Shown here piece by piece: positions 1 through 11,790 of a DNA stretch of 64,000 nucleotides. The position numbers were made by a program, and so were the translations under genes. Numbering within the stretch: the stretch's first letter is position 1; each line of letters begins with the position of its first letter. The notes beneath the pieces were generated by a model, which worked only from the letters and a program-made list of their open reading frames with translations, was not told where the DNA came from and searched no databases. The DNA is from the human T2T-CHM13v2.0 reference genome, Homo sapiens: the NCBI RefSeq assembly GCF_009914755.1, contig NC_060928.1. One strand, 5' to 3'.

Positions 1-2899
1 GTCTAGGTTTTGCAGTTACTTCAGAGTTCTAAATGAAGATCAGTTGCCAACATGTGGATGGACATGCAATGAAGATATGAAGGAATACAGAGGAACTTCT
101 GAATTGGAAGCAAGTGGTGAGCCTGAGTAGATAATGTGTATAAATGGGTAAAATGAAAGAAAAATTAATGGCATCTTGCATGTTAATTATACAACTAAAA
201 ATACTAAAGTCATGCCTTTTATAGTACATTTATTAAGTCGCTACTAAGTGACTTTTATTCCAATAAATGCTATGAGATTATCAAGTACACACAATTTTGT
301 TTGTGACATGACTTCCTTTGGTACATACAATCCTGACAACTGTTTTGAATTTAAATTCATCAACACAATCTTAGCATATTTCCACAATAAATTCACTTGC
401 CCGATCTCTCTCCAGTTATTAAGTTTTTTATAATCCGGTGCTTATGGGAAACTTTACCCTGAATTACTTTTTGGCACCCGAATTGTAGGAAACAGCATGG
501 CCTTGTAGTCAGACAAAGTGATCTCAAACTTGGCTTTCCCCATTTTCCATCTCTGTGACCGTGAGTACAAAAATAACCCTCCTCTCAAAAATATAGCTAG
601 TAATAGGTACTCCACCTGGTTGTTAATAGAATTAATCAGAAAGTACATGCAGTGCACCCAATAAAATATCAGTCTCTCCCCTACTTAAATATTTCAACAT
701 AGATTTCAAGATGTATGGGTGGAGATTTTATATAATTTGAAATAAATATTTTCTTCTAGTAGCAGTCCAAGAAATAGAAGATGTGAAAAAATACAGAGGA
801 AGAATCAGTGCAGTGAGAAGACAGTCAGCTTTCTATTCTGGAATCAGCAAGAGATGGGAGTTAATAGTCTCTTCTGCATTGTGTTTTTGCTGAAGAAGTG
901 CTTAGCATAAAAATTGTCTGGATTAGGGCAGATACTGGGCTTTCCTTAGGTTGCTCTTGGGCAGAACTATTTGAGTGGACTTGGAGGCCCCAAATTCTCA
1001 GGAGATTAAGCCAGCGGTAATAGGCCTGATCTGGCACTGTTTATCTCTTTGTATCCAGTAGGACAAGCCTTATTCACAGTAATGTAATTTCTGACGATGT
1101 TTATTTTTTTCCAGTTTTACCTGAAATTGATTTAAGTAACAAAGTGATAATCATGGGTATGAGCCAAGGGATCTTCCTTTCCAGGAAGAAAAATGTAAAA
1201 GCTTAGCCACAGCTGATGTTTGGCTTGGGGATTTAGGGAAAATCTGTGACACATTGCTTCTGAGGATGACTTCCATTCTGTGGCAGCCAGCAGCTGTGTG
1301 ATCGTATTTGAATGCAAACACCTGTAACATTTGGAAGGGTCTTTAACACCAGCTTCTCCTGGTATAGAAACTATTAAAATCAAGAGACCTTATTTTCTTC
1401 CTTACCTTTCAAATGTAAGTCTTCCTTAAGGTGGACAGAAAATGAATTGTTTCCTTCTTACCATCTGTTATTGTTTTTGCCTGAAGGCCTGACTGCCTTC
1501 CTACTCCCTAATAAACAAAGGGGCATTCTATTGACCAATTCATTTTCAAAGAGATTTTAAAAGGCATTAAGCAATCAATTCTCACATAGTGTCCAAATTG
1601 AGTCTCTCATTCATTCTCTTGCCTGAGAAGAACCTGAAAGCAATATTCACATAAAACATATTCACTCAGGGTATAGACAGTGTTGCTTTATGTATTAATA
1701 TTTACCAAGTTGCAGGATTCTTGAATACTGTATTTCATACTGGATTTATATTTTTACTTCTCTTCTTCTCTCTTTCCCTTTTTGAGTATGATATTTTAAA
1801 TTTTAAAATAATTAAGCTTTATATGCTCTTATATGTATTGTCATTCATTTTTTGGAGAAAACCTAATGTGACATCTGATAAAGAAATCAAAGTGCTGATA
1901 GTGGTAGTTACAAAGGCAAAGGGATAACTTGGTCAAATATTATCATTTCTTTTGACGTATGTCTTCCTTTCAACAATGAGATTTTGAACAATCGAGGTAT
2001 TTTATTGTAAGCACCTCAGAGTGAAGTCTCTATTGTTAAATTTACTTTTTCTTTGATGTAAAATGCTTTACATGCGGAAAATAATGGCTTTTATTTTCCA
2101 GTACCTTTCTAGTTTAGAATACAAACTCTTCACGTTAAGGTATTTGTGTGATAAAAGATACTTAATCACTTATTAAAGATTCACTTCCAATTCTAATTTC
2201 TATGTTTTCACAAAAATACGTCATATTCTTGAATCTTCTCATTTTTCACCTAGAATGAAATCTTAAGAAAACAATTGTACATAGAAGTTGTATCATTAGC
2301 TCATTTGAAAATGCAATTTTGTTTTGGAAGCTATTGATAATTAGAACAGCGAGGGACCCCCATCTGCTTAGTTACCTATATCTCATTTTTATACTTTATT
2401 CAGCTATCCTATATTTTTATGTTATGAATGTAAATATCTTTTCCTTGAGATCCCTCCAAAGACAACAAATTTCATATTACAATTCTTATCTGTAAAGACA
2501 GAAACTATAAAAGCATGAATAGCTTTACTGTTAGACTATATGTGAAGAATGACTGCTATATTACTGAAAGAACCGATTTCACGTCACTGACTTCCCCAAG
2601 TCACAATTTTCATCTTTCAAAAAGTGATAACTTACTCTCTTCTAGAAATAGAAAAAAAATGCCAAAGACAGTGCTAAAGTAAATAATCTCTATTGATTTC
2701 ATTTCCAATAATAAATAAATTGAACTTGAAAGTTATTTTTTTCAACATGGTAAAACATCAGAAAATCTTACAATGTTAGAATAAATTCAACTTCAATACA
2801 ATTAAAAAGAAAATGTAAATTGAAGGAAATTGTTTTAAGTTAACACACCAGGGTTGAGGTCAGGTGGTCATGTAGGAAATGAAGTTAGCATTAGGAAAG

Positions 2900-3005
2900 G
2901 GAGGGCTTGAGTGCAGATGTAGGGCTCTGGCTCTATTTAACAGATATGTGTGCTTTTGGAAATTTATTTAATCCCTATGGTCCTTTAGTTTTGTCATAAG
3001 TAAAC
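2900..3005 (+). mobile_element. MIR SINE fragment (diverged core)
   Basis: ctctggctctatttaacagatatgtgtgcttttggaaatttatttaatccctatggtcctttagttttgtcataagtaaa resembles the MIR core (ctctgccacttactagctgtgtgaccttgggcaagttacttaacctctctgtgcctcagtttcctcatctgtaaa). Confidence 0.45.
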
Positions 3006-4114
3006 CTCTATCAGATTTATTTTGGGATAAATATTTATTAGAAAAACTAAACCAATAAAAAAAGCCTAAACATTTTAGCATCTATACAAATAAAGGGCTA
3101 ATTTATGTCATAAAAATGTTCCCTTTTATCTTTATGCTTTTTATAAGTAATATCGAAAATGGTAATACTGTAGTAAAGTTAGCAGATACAATTCTCTTAG
3201 AACAATTCATGCATATTGTTATGTTGTTTCATCTGTTATCTTTCTGGAATTTTCTTTTATAAAATTTAATTCCATTACTGCTATCTAATATTGCTGTCAC
3301 ATTATCATAGTCTTCATTAATGCATAATTGCCTTTGCTCCTTCTCCATATTTCTTTTTGCTGGAGACTAATGTAAAATTGCAGTTCATTAATTACACCAT
3401 CATAAAAATCCTTGTTAATTTGATTACTTCGTGCATTTATCTATGAACCTGCCCTTTCTTGATTTTCTCCCTTGATCTATGTTTATTTCTTATTGCCTTC
3501 ATCTTTTATCTTATAATTTTTTATGCAACTGAAATCAATGTATTTAAAAAAGAACTGGATGTATCTGTACTTGAGTGGATTACAAAAACCTGATACATTT
3601 TAAGTGTATAGATCAGGAATAATTATATTAAATAGCATCCATGATATTCCAAAGTGGATTCAAAGACTGAGGGGAATAAAAAGACTGATTTCATGACATC
3701 ATATGTACCTAAAATACAGACTGAAACTGAAATTATATGTTGACAAAACAAGCAGCCAAATCATCAAAAAAGAGGAGGAAAAATCAATAAACTGCCTATT
3801 CAGAGACATGAAGACATTACAGCTGAAATATTGAGCAGATATTTCCTTTCAACTAGTTTTTTGTTTTTTTTATGGTTTTTGTTTTGCATTGTCTATAGTA
3901 TTTTGCACTACTTATATACATATACCTTAGATAAGAGAAAGTCTTGACTAGAGAATTAATGAATTAAGGAATGATGAAACAGCTTATAAGGGTCTCTAGA
4001 AAACACAATGAGTTCTCCTACAGACATTATTAACCACTCTATTTTGCAAAACAATACCAAAATGTTTTGTGAAGACTTTTGATGGTTTGTTTTAGGAAAA
4101 TAAAAGATGACCGA

Positions 4115-4306
4115 GGGACAGGCACTGGGGCTCATGCCTGTAATCGCAGCACTTTGGGAGGCCAAGGTGGGAGGATGGTATGAGGCCAGAAATTCAAGGC
4201 TGCAGTGAGCTATGATTACACCACTGCACTCTAGACTGGGTAACTGAGAAAGACCCTGGCTCCAAAAAAAATAAATAAATAAAATAAAAATCCCAGGAAA
4301 AAAAAA
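4115..4306 (+). mobile_element. Alu monomer (left-arm head joined to right-arm/FRAM-like tail; AluJ-age)
   Basis: ggctcatgcctgtaatcgcagcactttgggaggcc...aggctgcagtgagctatgattacaccactgcactc, A-rich tail; TSD aaaagatgac(c/t)ga at 4102-4114 and 4307-4319. Confidence 0.9.
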
Positions 4307-7126
4307 AAAAGATGACTGACATTACTCCTTAGTAAAGCTTCACTGTCCTTAGCCAGAGACTTTGACTTTTGGGTATTTCCAGTACATGGATGACTGTGGC
4401 ATACATTGATACCACTTCTTCCTGACACTCTGTTTCTTGGCAAACTTCCAATCTCAAACCTTCTGCCCTTCCTACCAACCCCTGCTGATGACTCTATCAG
4501 ACAGTTATCTTTAGGTTTGGAGAAAAATTAACATTTTTGAGATAAATCCTCGCTAACTTTCCACCTTCATTAATTTTCCCCAGCTTTACTCTTTACAGAT
4601 AATAGGTTTTTTTTTTTTTCTGAAAATGTAATAAAAGCCAAATGTATCTGTCACTTTAAATTCCATGAAATGACTTGGTTAAAATGAACTATGGCAGCTA
4701 GCTTTTTAATAAAAGTGTGCAGTAGATCTTCTCATTGTTTGAATAGCTATATTATGATTTGTTTACATTTATATCTTCATACAGGACGTATCATCCTAGA
4801 TCTGGAAAATCCTTTTAAATGGCTATCATCTACAGATGCCTTTTCTACTATGTTTTCCCAGCAAAACTAGGTTTTAATTAGGCTCCCTTCCTACTAGCCT
4901 TTAGTGGATAAAATCACAGTTATGACTTTTATGATCTGAATCAAATTCCAAAGGGTACAATTATGGGGAAGAGAAAGTGTTATGATGGTAGTGGTGGTGA
5001 TGGTTATTATTATTATTGTAAATGTAACCAACATTTACGTAGTATTTTATAGTTTTAAAAGTGCTGGCATGTGAATCACCTTATTAAATGAGACAAATGA
5101 GGAAATTCACAGTTCCTAATTTCTACTCATGAATGAAATTGTTTAATTTTTTTTCCTTCTCATTACCAGACTTGAGGAGCATGTCTATTAGGTTCGTGTT
5201 CATTATCTGTGAGGATTCCCGCAATGGGGTACTGAAGTGAGGAAGAATGACATACCGGCAAGCTGTGTGATTAGAAAATAGAAAACTATTTTGGCAATAA
5301 TATAAGTCATGAGAGATTGCAGAACAGCAATCGATTAATCTGAAGGAAAAAAGTAGAATAAAATCAAATCTTATAAAGAAAATAAATAGCATTAGAGCCT
5401 TAGAATAAAAAATTAAAGTGTGAATACCCCTTTAGAAATTCCTTGGTATGAAAACATGTCTTGAAAGCATTTACATAGGGAGAGATGAGGATTTGAGCTG
5501 CTTGTAGGAAGATACATGAAGGAAGAAATCACTTTACCAATACCAGCTAAAGTTAATTTGATGCTTCCTGTATTATAAAGCCTATAGCTATTTTCTCTCA
5601 CCCTAATTTGAAATGTCTGCTACCTCACCATACAATTAAAATTTATTTATATTATTCCAAAATGAATAACTGAGAGACAAAGCTTTATGTAACTGGAAAC
5701 TATGAAATCCTCCTCCAATCCTCCCACTCCTCCCCTGACCCTCCTTACTCCCCCGACTCAGATTATCAAAGAATTTAAGATAGAGATCTTGTAATTCTGA
5801 GATAAATTCTCAGAATATGCAACAAGTCTGCTAAATTTGGAGGTAGGGACCAAAGAGAACTGAGTACATCTGAAAATGGAAGATCGCTTTGATTTGATTG
5901 TTTGTTTGTTTTGCCCCTGAGTGAGGCAGAGAAGAAAGGGAAGGAATACTGAAAAAAAGAGGAAGGGAAAAAAAAAAGCAATGAGAAGAGTCAACAGGGA
6001 AACTGAATAGAATGCTGGACAAAAGCGTGAGTTTGGAAATAACTAAAGAGATTAGATATTTTAAATAAATATCTAATTATTTGGAACTAAATAAATATTT
6101 TATACTACATTTAGTTGTGTTGCAGCAATGCACTACTTCCCAAGCCCCAAACCTTTAGTAATCTGTTACACACGTTTCCCGTGTGCACACCTGTGTGTGT
6201 GCACTGTGTGTACAGTATGTATAAAAATGAGAAAAGGGACAATTAGAAACCAATAGATATATGTATTTTAAATGAATAATTTAGAACACTAGAAAATAAG
6301 AACATCAAAAAAACTGTGAAACTAACAAAGGTAAACATTATATAATTTAATGCTTTCCTGGTGCTGGCCCTCTATGGGAAAAGACACCATTGTATTTTGA
6401 ATTTAGGTTTATAAGAGAAAAACAGATTATCATCATAGTGTAACCCTGCCCATTAAACACCACATAAAATTGGTTGATAAGCCAGTGTTAAAACATTTAG
6501 AATATCCAATAACCTCACCAGAATTTCTCTGCATTCCAAGGGCCAAGGTTGAGGGCTGTATATTTGTGGATGTGTGCCTGTTTTAGGTTGAGGCAGGTGG
6601 GGCTGGCTAACTTGTCACGGTTACTTCTGGCTCCAAGTTTCACTTTCAGCGATTTAGTTCAGTGTCCCTATTGATCCAGACATGAAATCTAACTTTTCTC
6701 TTCCATATTCTTAAACACTGTGGAGCACTAATAAAACGTGGTCAATTCTATCTGAGGTCTCTTTAAATTGTACTTAGAAATGCATTTTGATTGAAAGGCC
6801 TGAAAAACCGAAACAGATCATTCTTTAATAATAGGATTTCTTCCACTTTGACAGCTTGGTATAGAGGAAAAATGAAGAGAGGGGAATTTACAAAGCTGAA
6901 AACTATTTTGTCTATAATACTAAACCCACTGATAGTCAAATTTGTTTATTCTTGTCTGCATTACTTGTCACTAGATTTCTATCGAGATAAAATATTAAAA
7001 ACATATTATAACTTTTTGTTATATGCATGGATTTGGGAACAATTATCCTTCAAGTTACCCTGATTCTAGATTTAAAAGCAAACAAACACTCATAGGTGTT
7101 CTCTTGGCTATTATTTATTTCTAGTT

Positions 7127-7669
7127 GTATTCTATATTGAGGAGAGTTCAGTTGCAGAGGGCCGACTCTACTCCAACTAGCTGGAACATAAGGAGGTTTA
7201 TTCCTGGCTATTAAATGGCTCATAGAATTTGGGGGAATGCAAATGAAGTTGACTCTAGGCTGAACTTGAGCAATAAATCCTAAAGTCATACAACTTCCAG
7301 GAGAGCATCCAAAAGCCATAGAGTAGAACTGGACCACTCAGGAGTCCACTAACCCAGAAATGATGGTGACTGGTGGAATCAGAAAGTTGGCTAGTAAATT
7401 AGGAAACTATTGCTACAGTTTCTGGCTCCAAAACATATCAATATTACCTTAATACGCACAAATAAAATGGATGCTTTCTGCTCAGTTCCTCCTCATGTAT
7501 GTCTCTCCCTCAATTCCAGATCATGATGACACATCCCATTGGTGGACATTAAACCATATAGGGATACCTCAGTGAGTCTGGTAAATGTGGCCTTTACTTA
7601 GCAGCCTCTGCACACTTGAAAGAGGATGGAATGCATTTCTGAATGAGCCAATTCATGGTATCAGCTACA
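7127..7669 (-). mobile_element. Old MaLR LTR (MLT1K/L-like), highly diverged
   Basis: tgtatt start, gttgcag...ctccaactagct...tttatt block, and ctggtaaatgtggcc...cagcctctg...agctaca end typical of late MLT1 LTRs. Confidence 0.45.
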
Positions 7670-7829
7670 TATTCTTCTTGATTGTGGCCTCGGGGACTTC
7701 ATTCGGTAATATATTCTATTAATTAAAATATTTAGAATAACTAGTATTTATGAATAAAACATGAGAGTAAAATTTGAAAATCCTTACTAATATAGGGAAG
7801 AATCGCATGGAAACTTGAATAAAATAGAT

Positions 7830-8048
7830 TTATAGTTTTCAATTAGTGTTGCACATCCAACACAGGGACATCTGGGAATGTGTGCCAGATTGTTGGTTAC
7901 CACTATGAGGGTGAAATTCTATGAGCATTTAGTGGAAAGGGGTCAGAGGTAGTAAGTTCTTCAGTACATGGAATATACAATAGAATTTGACACAATGAAG
8001 AATTGTCTCACTGCAAATACCAAGAGCACCTCTATTGAGAAATGTTGG
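7830..8048. mobile_element. MER20-related hAT-Charlie MITE
   Basis: agggacatctgggaatgtg...ttggttaccac...gcatttagtgg...aagaattgtc...caaataccaagagcacc..ttgagaaatgttg parallels the MER20-type consensus. Confidence 0.6.
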
Positions 8049-8258
8049 CATAGGTAATCTCCAAATAATTTCAATTTCAATAACCTACATTATTATCAGA
8101 AAAATTTACTGAAATCAATCATCTATTTTGCTGTTTTCTACTCTCTTAATAGAAGGGCACATACCCAGATAAATATTAATATGGAGATAGGTAAAAAATG
8201 AGCAGGAATAAAAGATATTAATATTTTATGAACAAAAGAATTATTTGACTTTACTAAA

Positions 8259-8447
8259 CAGTAGTTTTCAAAGGATGTTCAGCTAACCAGAAGCATTGGC
8301 ACCACGTGGGAACTTGTTAGAAATGAAAACTCTCTGGATTATATCAGACTCATAGAATCAGAAACTGTGGAGCTAGGGCCCAGAAATGTGTGTATTAACA
8401 AGCCCTCCAGGCAGATATAATATACTTTTAAGTTTTGACAGCTTCTG
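8259..8447 (+). mobile_element. MER5A hAT-Charlie MITE
   Basis: cagtagttttcaaag...tgggaacttgttagaaatg...gaatcagaaact...gggcccagaaatgtgtgtattaacaagccctccagg...ctg; near full length (~189 bp). Confidence 0.85.
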
Positions 8448-8708
8448 GAATAAAAGCATCAAGGACTGAAATGTTGTATATGTTTGTTGTAATTAGAAAA
8501 TTCAAGTTTTCATTTGCGAAGAAGGTATTCAAAGGAAAGAAACATTTTGTATGAAATTAGCCTACATTGGCAAATTCTTTGGTTCTTCTAACAATTATTC
8601 CTCCTAGGCATGCTGTCCAAGAGGATATGAAAGAGAACAGATTTAAGACATAACCCAAACTAGGAGCCTGCAACAGAGATAACCAGAAATTAGGTGTATT
8701 AGTTTTCT

Positions 8709-8973
<265 letters not shown>

Positions 8974-8976
8974 AGG

Positions 8977-9544
8977 TGTATTAGTTTTCTATGGCTGCTG
9001 TAAAAAATAACCACAATCTTAAGGGCACAGTTCCTATAGATCAGAAGTCTAACACAGGTCTCGCCAGGTTAAAATCAAGGTGTCAGCAAGGCTGCATTCC
9101 TTATGGGAGGCTCTGGAGAGGAATCAGCTTTCACATTCATTTGTATTGTTGGCCAAATTTGGTGGATGGATGTAGGATTGAAATATCCACTTCATTGCTA
9201 ACTGTGAGTAGAAGGGCACCCTTCACTCTTAGAGGCCTCTCTTTAGTTTGTGTTTATGACCTCTTACAGCACAGCCTTCTCATATTTGAAATCTAACTTC
9301 TATCATTGTTCCTGCTGTTCCTCTTCTGCCTTCTACTGTTATCTATGTGGCTCCAGCCAAAGGAAGTTCTCTGCTTTTTCATGTAATTAGATTGGGCCAA
9401 CCTGGATAATTCAGGTTACTCTTCCTAAAGTCCATAAACTTCATTATGTCTGCAAAGTTTCTTTTCCATGCAATGTAATATATTCACAGGTTCATGGGAT
9501 TAAGTTATGGACATCTTTGGAGAGCCATGATTTAACCTATCACA
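8977..9544 (-). mobile_element. MLT1D/E-type MaLR solo LTR
   Basis: tgtattagttttctatggctgctgtaa...aaaatcaaggtgtcagcaaggctgcattcc...attagattgggcc..ctggataat...ctgcaaag...attcacaggt...acctatcaca; TG..CA termini. Confidence 0.85.
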
Positions 9545-9551
9545 TGGGGGA

Positions 9552-9670
9552 ATTCGTTCATTTATGCCTTGAACCACAGCACTAACAGTGCTAGGCTTTG
9601 GAGTGTGAAACAATGAAGGTCATAGTTTCTTATTTCAAGGATTGTATAGTCTAGACTATGTAGAAGCAGA
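9552..9670 (-). mobile_element. L2 3' fragment
   Basis: attcgttcattt...cagtgctaggc...tcaaggattgtatagtctag resembles the reverse of the L2 3' end. Confidence 0.4.
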
Positions 9671-10577
9671 TGAAGGAGTCAGAGAAGGGCACTATATCTT
9701 ACATATGAATTCACTCATTATAGTAATTCCTAGATAGTCTATAATATTTTTGTTAATAGTGATATTAAGTAATTACAAGAATCTCAGGCAGCAGAACTTC
9801 AAGGGGAGCTATTCAGCATTTAGAAAATTTATTCACTCCTTAGGGTTCCAGGGAGGTCACTTGGTAGAAGTTTAGTCTCCAGGCCCTGTAGGAGCAGAGG
9901 ACAGGGATTCCCAATCATCAAACCAAAATCAGAGTCCAGTCCCTCAACGGGGACTGAGGTCTCATGAGTGAAACTAGTGAGAACCTAGAAATAGAGACCA
10001 ATGTAGGAACATATTGTGAGAGCTCAACCAATTATAGTAGAAAAAAGGATGAGTACCCTGGGACTTGGGGCAGCCATACACATGCACAGGGATTTCCCTT
10101 TCATGGTTCTTGTGCTGGATTTGACTGGTAGCAAGGAGACTTGGAGAAACAACTCAGGAGAACAGTGGTCCTCACTGGGCCACAGAAAACCCTGTGTGTT
10201 TGGTAGCAACGTAAGTGTGAATGCCAACAGTGGCTCTAGAGCAGGAGAGGACTGATCCTGGGGATCGTGTCGGGAAGCCATGAACTCTCAGAACCTGAGA
10301 GTCCTTGATTACTCTGTCTGTGGGTTTGGAGAGTCTCTCTCAAACTGAAGTTTTACTTCGTATTTTAGAAAAAAGGTGTCAAGATTTGTAAAACACTGTG
10401 ACAGGTGACAACGGAGACTAAGAATTTAAGGTTTGGGATATAGAAGATATTTTTGGTAACTGAGATTCCTGTCACCTGGGACAATATCAATTTGTTAAAT
10501 TCAGATTTTTTAAGATGTATGTGGGCCTACATATACTATATTAACTTATTTTTCTTCCTTTCCTCCTAAAGCATTTT

Positions 10578-10747
10578 TATTTCATTTTATTTATCTTTTT
10601 GAGGCAGGATCTCACTCTGTTGCCCAGGCTGGAGTCTAGTGGTGCAACTGTAGCTTATTGCAACTTCAAACTCCTTTGCTCAAGCGATCCTCCCACCTCA
10701 GCCTCCCAAAGTGTTGGCCTTATATGTGTAAGTCACCGTGCCTGGCC
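10578..10747 (-). mobile_element. Alu monomer (left-head/right-tail hybrid, AluJ-age)
   Basis: T-rich tail, gaggcaggatctcactctgttgcccaggctggag...ctcaagcgatcctcccacctcagcctcccaaagtg...caccgtgcctggcc; degenerate TSD taaagcatttt (10567) / taaaagcgtttt (10748). Confidence 0.85.
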
Positions 10748-11299
10748 TAAAAGCGTTTTAATATGGATTGCATTAAGACTTTTTACAATAATACATTAGA
10801 GAGAAAATTATGAGAATAAGGATCTTTAAATGTTTTTCCTTTTAGTAAATAGAACAAAGGGTGATAGTAGTATATGCCAAGCTTCCCCACCCTCTGAAAT
10901 GAGGAATTATATGTGAAATCTTTAGATTTTTTTTTCTGTGAGAAAATAACAGAAGCTACTGTATAATTCTTAGTCTTCAATCTTCCTTTCTCATTAAAGT
11001 GAAAACACAATGGAAAGAAATGAAGGATTTATCATATTTATATAGGCAAATCTTTACAATTGATATAAAATAAAAGGAAGGAGGGAGCCAAAGCAGACCT
11101 TTTGGGAGATCCTCTGATTCAGGAACAGCAGCTAGAAGCTTCTGAGAAGTAAACACAAAAGAGGAGAAACCGTAAGGTTCTGAGTGTTCAAAGAATCACC
11201 TTCAAGATTTTTAACAGTCATACTTATTAGTTTTGAGGCTTTTTTTCCCCTAACAAATGAGCTTAATGTTTAAAGAGCCACTGGCATGTACATATGTTG

Positions 11300-11790
11300 A
11301 CTATGGCTTCTATTTTAATTTTATGTTAAGGGGATCACCAGAAAAGCAGTGTGGAGCTTGTAACCATCTAACCTGACCCAGGTAACGAAAGTCAGCCCTC
11401 AGTAGGGCATTATCCAACCCTGGAGCTGAGGCTCCAATTTCCTTGGCCTTTGGGGATTGGATCTCACTTCTAATGGTATTCACGGCTGCCATGTATCGTG
11501 CAAGGTCAGTAATATGTGGCTGTTCTGATGCTATATTTAATTGCATATGTTCACATTATGGTTTTATTGCCAGTTGGATTCAGAACCTTTATGATATTAT
11601 TGGGGGAGTGTACAAGATCGTGGATAAAGGGGATAGAGTTTTATGCCCGGGTCTTTGGCTCACTCCAGATGTGACCTCGCATAAATTAGCCACCTTTCTT
11701 TTGATTTAGCTACAACTGCAATTTATGTTGGCTTGTGGCAAAGCTAACTGCAAGTGGTTTTGACATAAAATGTAGGATTTATATAATTAG
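11300..11790. promoter_or_regulatory. Candidate conserved non-coding/enhancer element
   Basis: Non-repetitive, raised GC and CpG versus flanks; six TTTAT(G/T)/CATAAA homeobox-type motifs, CAAGGTCA (11501-11508) and CCAGATGT (11665-11672). Motif-based inference only. Confidence 0.3.

Noticed and set aside
9880-10430. GC-richer unique-looking block with a GTAAGT donor at 10211 and overlapping ORFs on both strands
   Set aside because: No convincing acceptor or recognisable peptide; may be an old LTR that I cannot assign.
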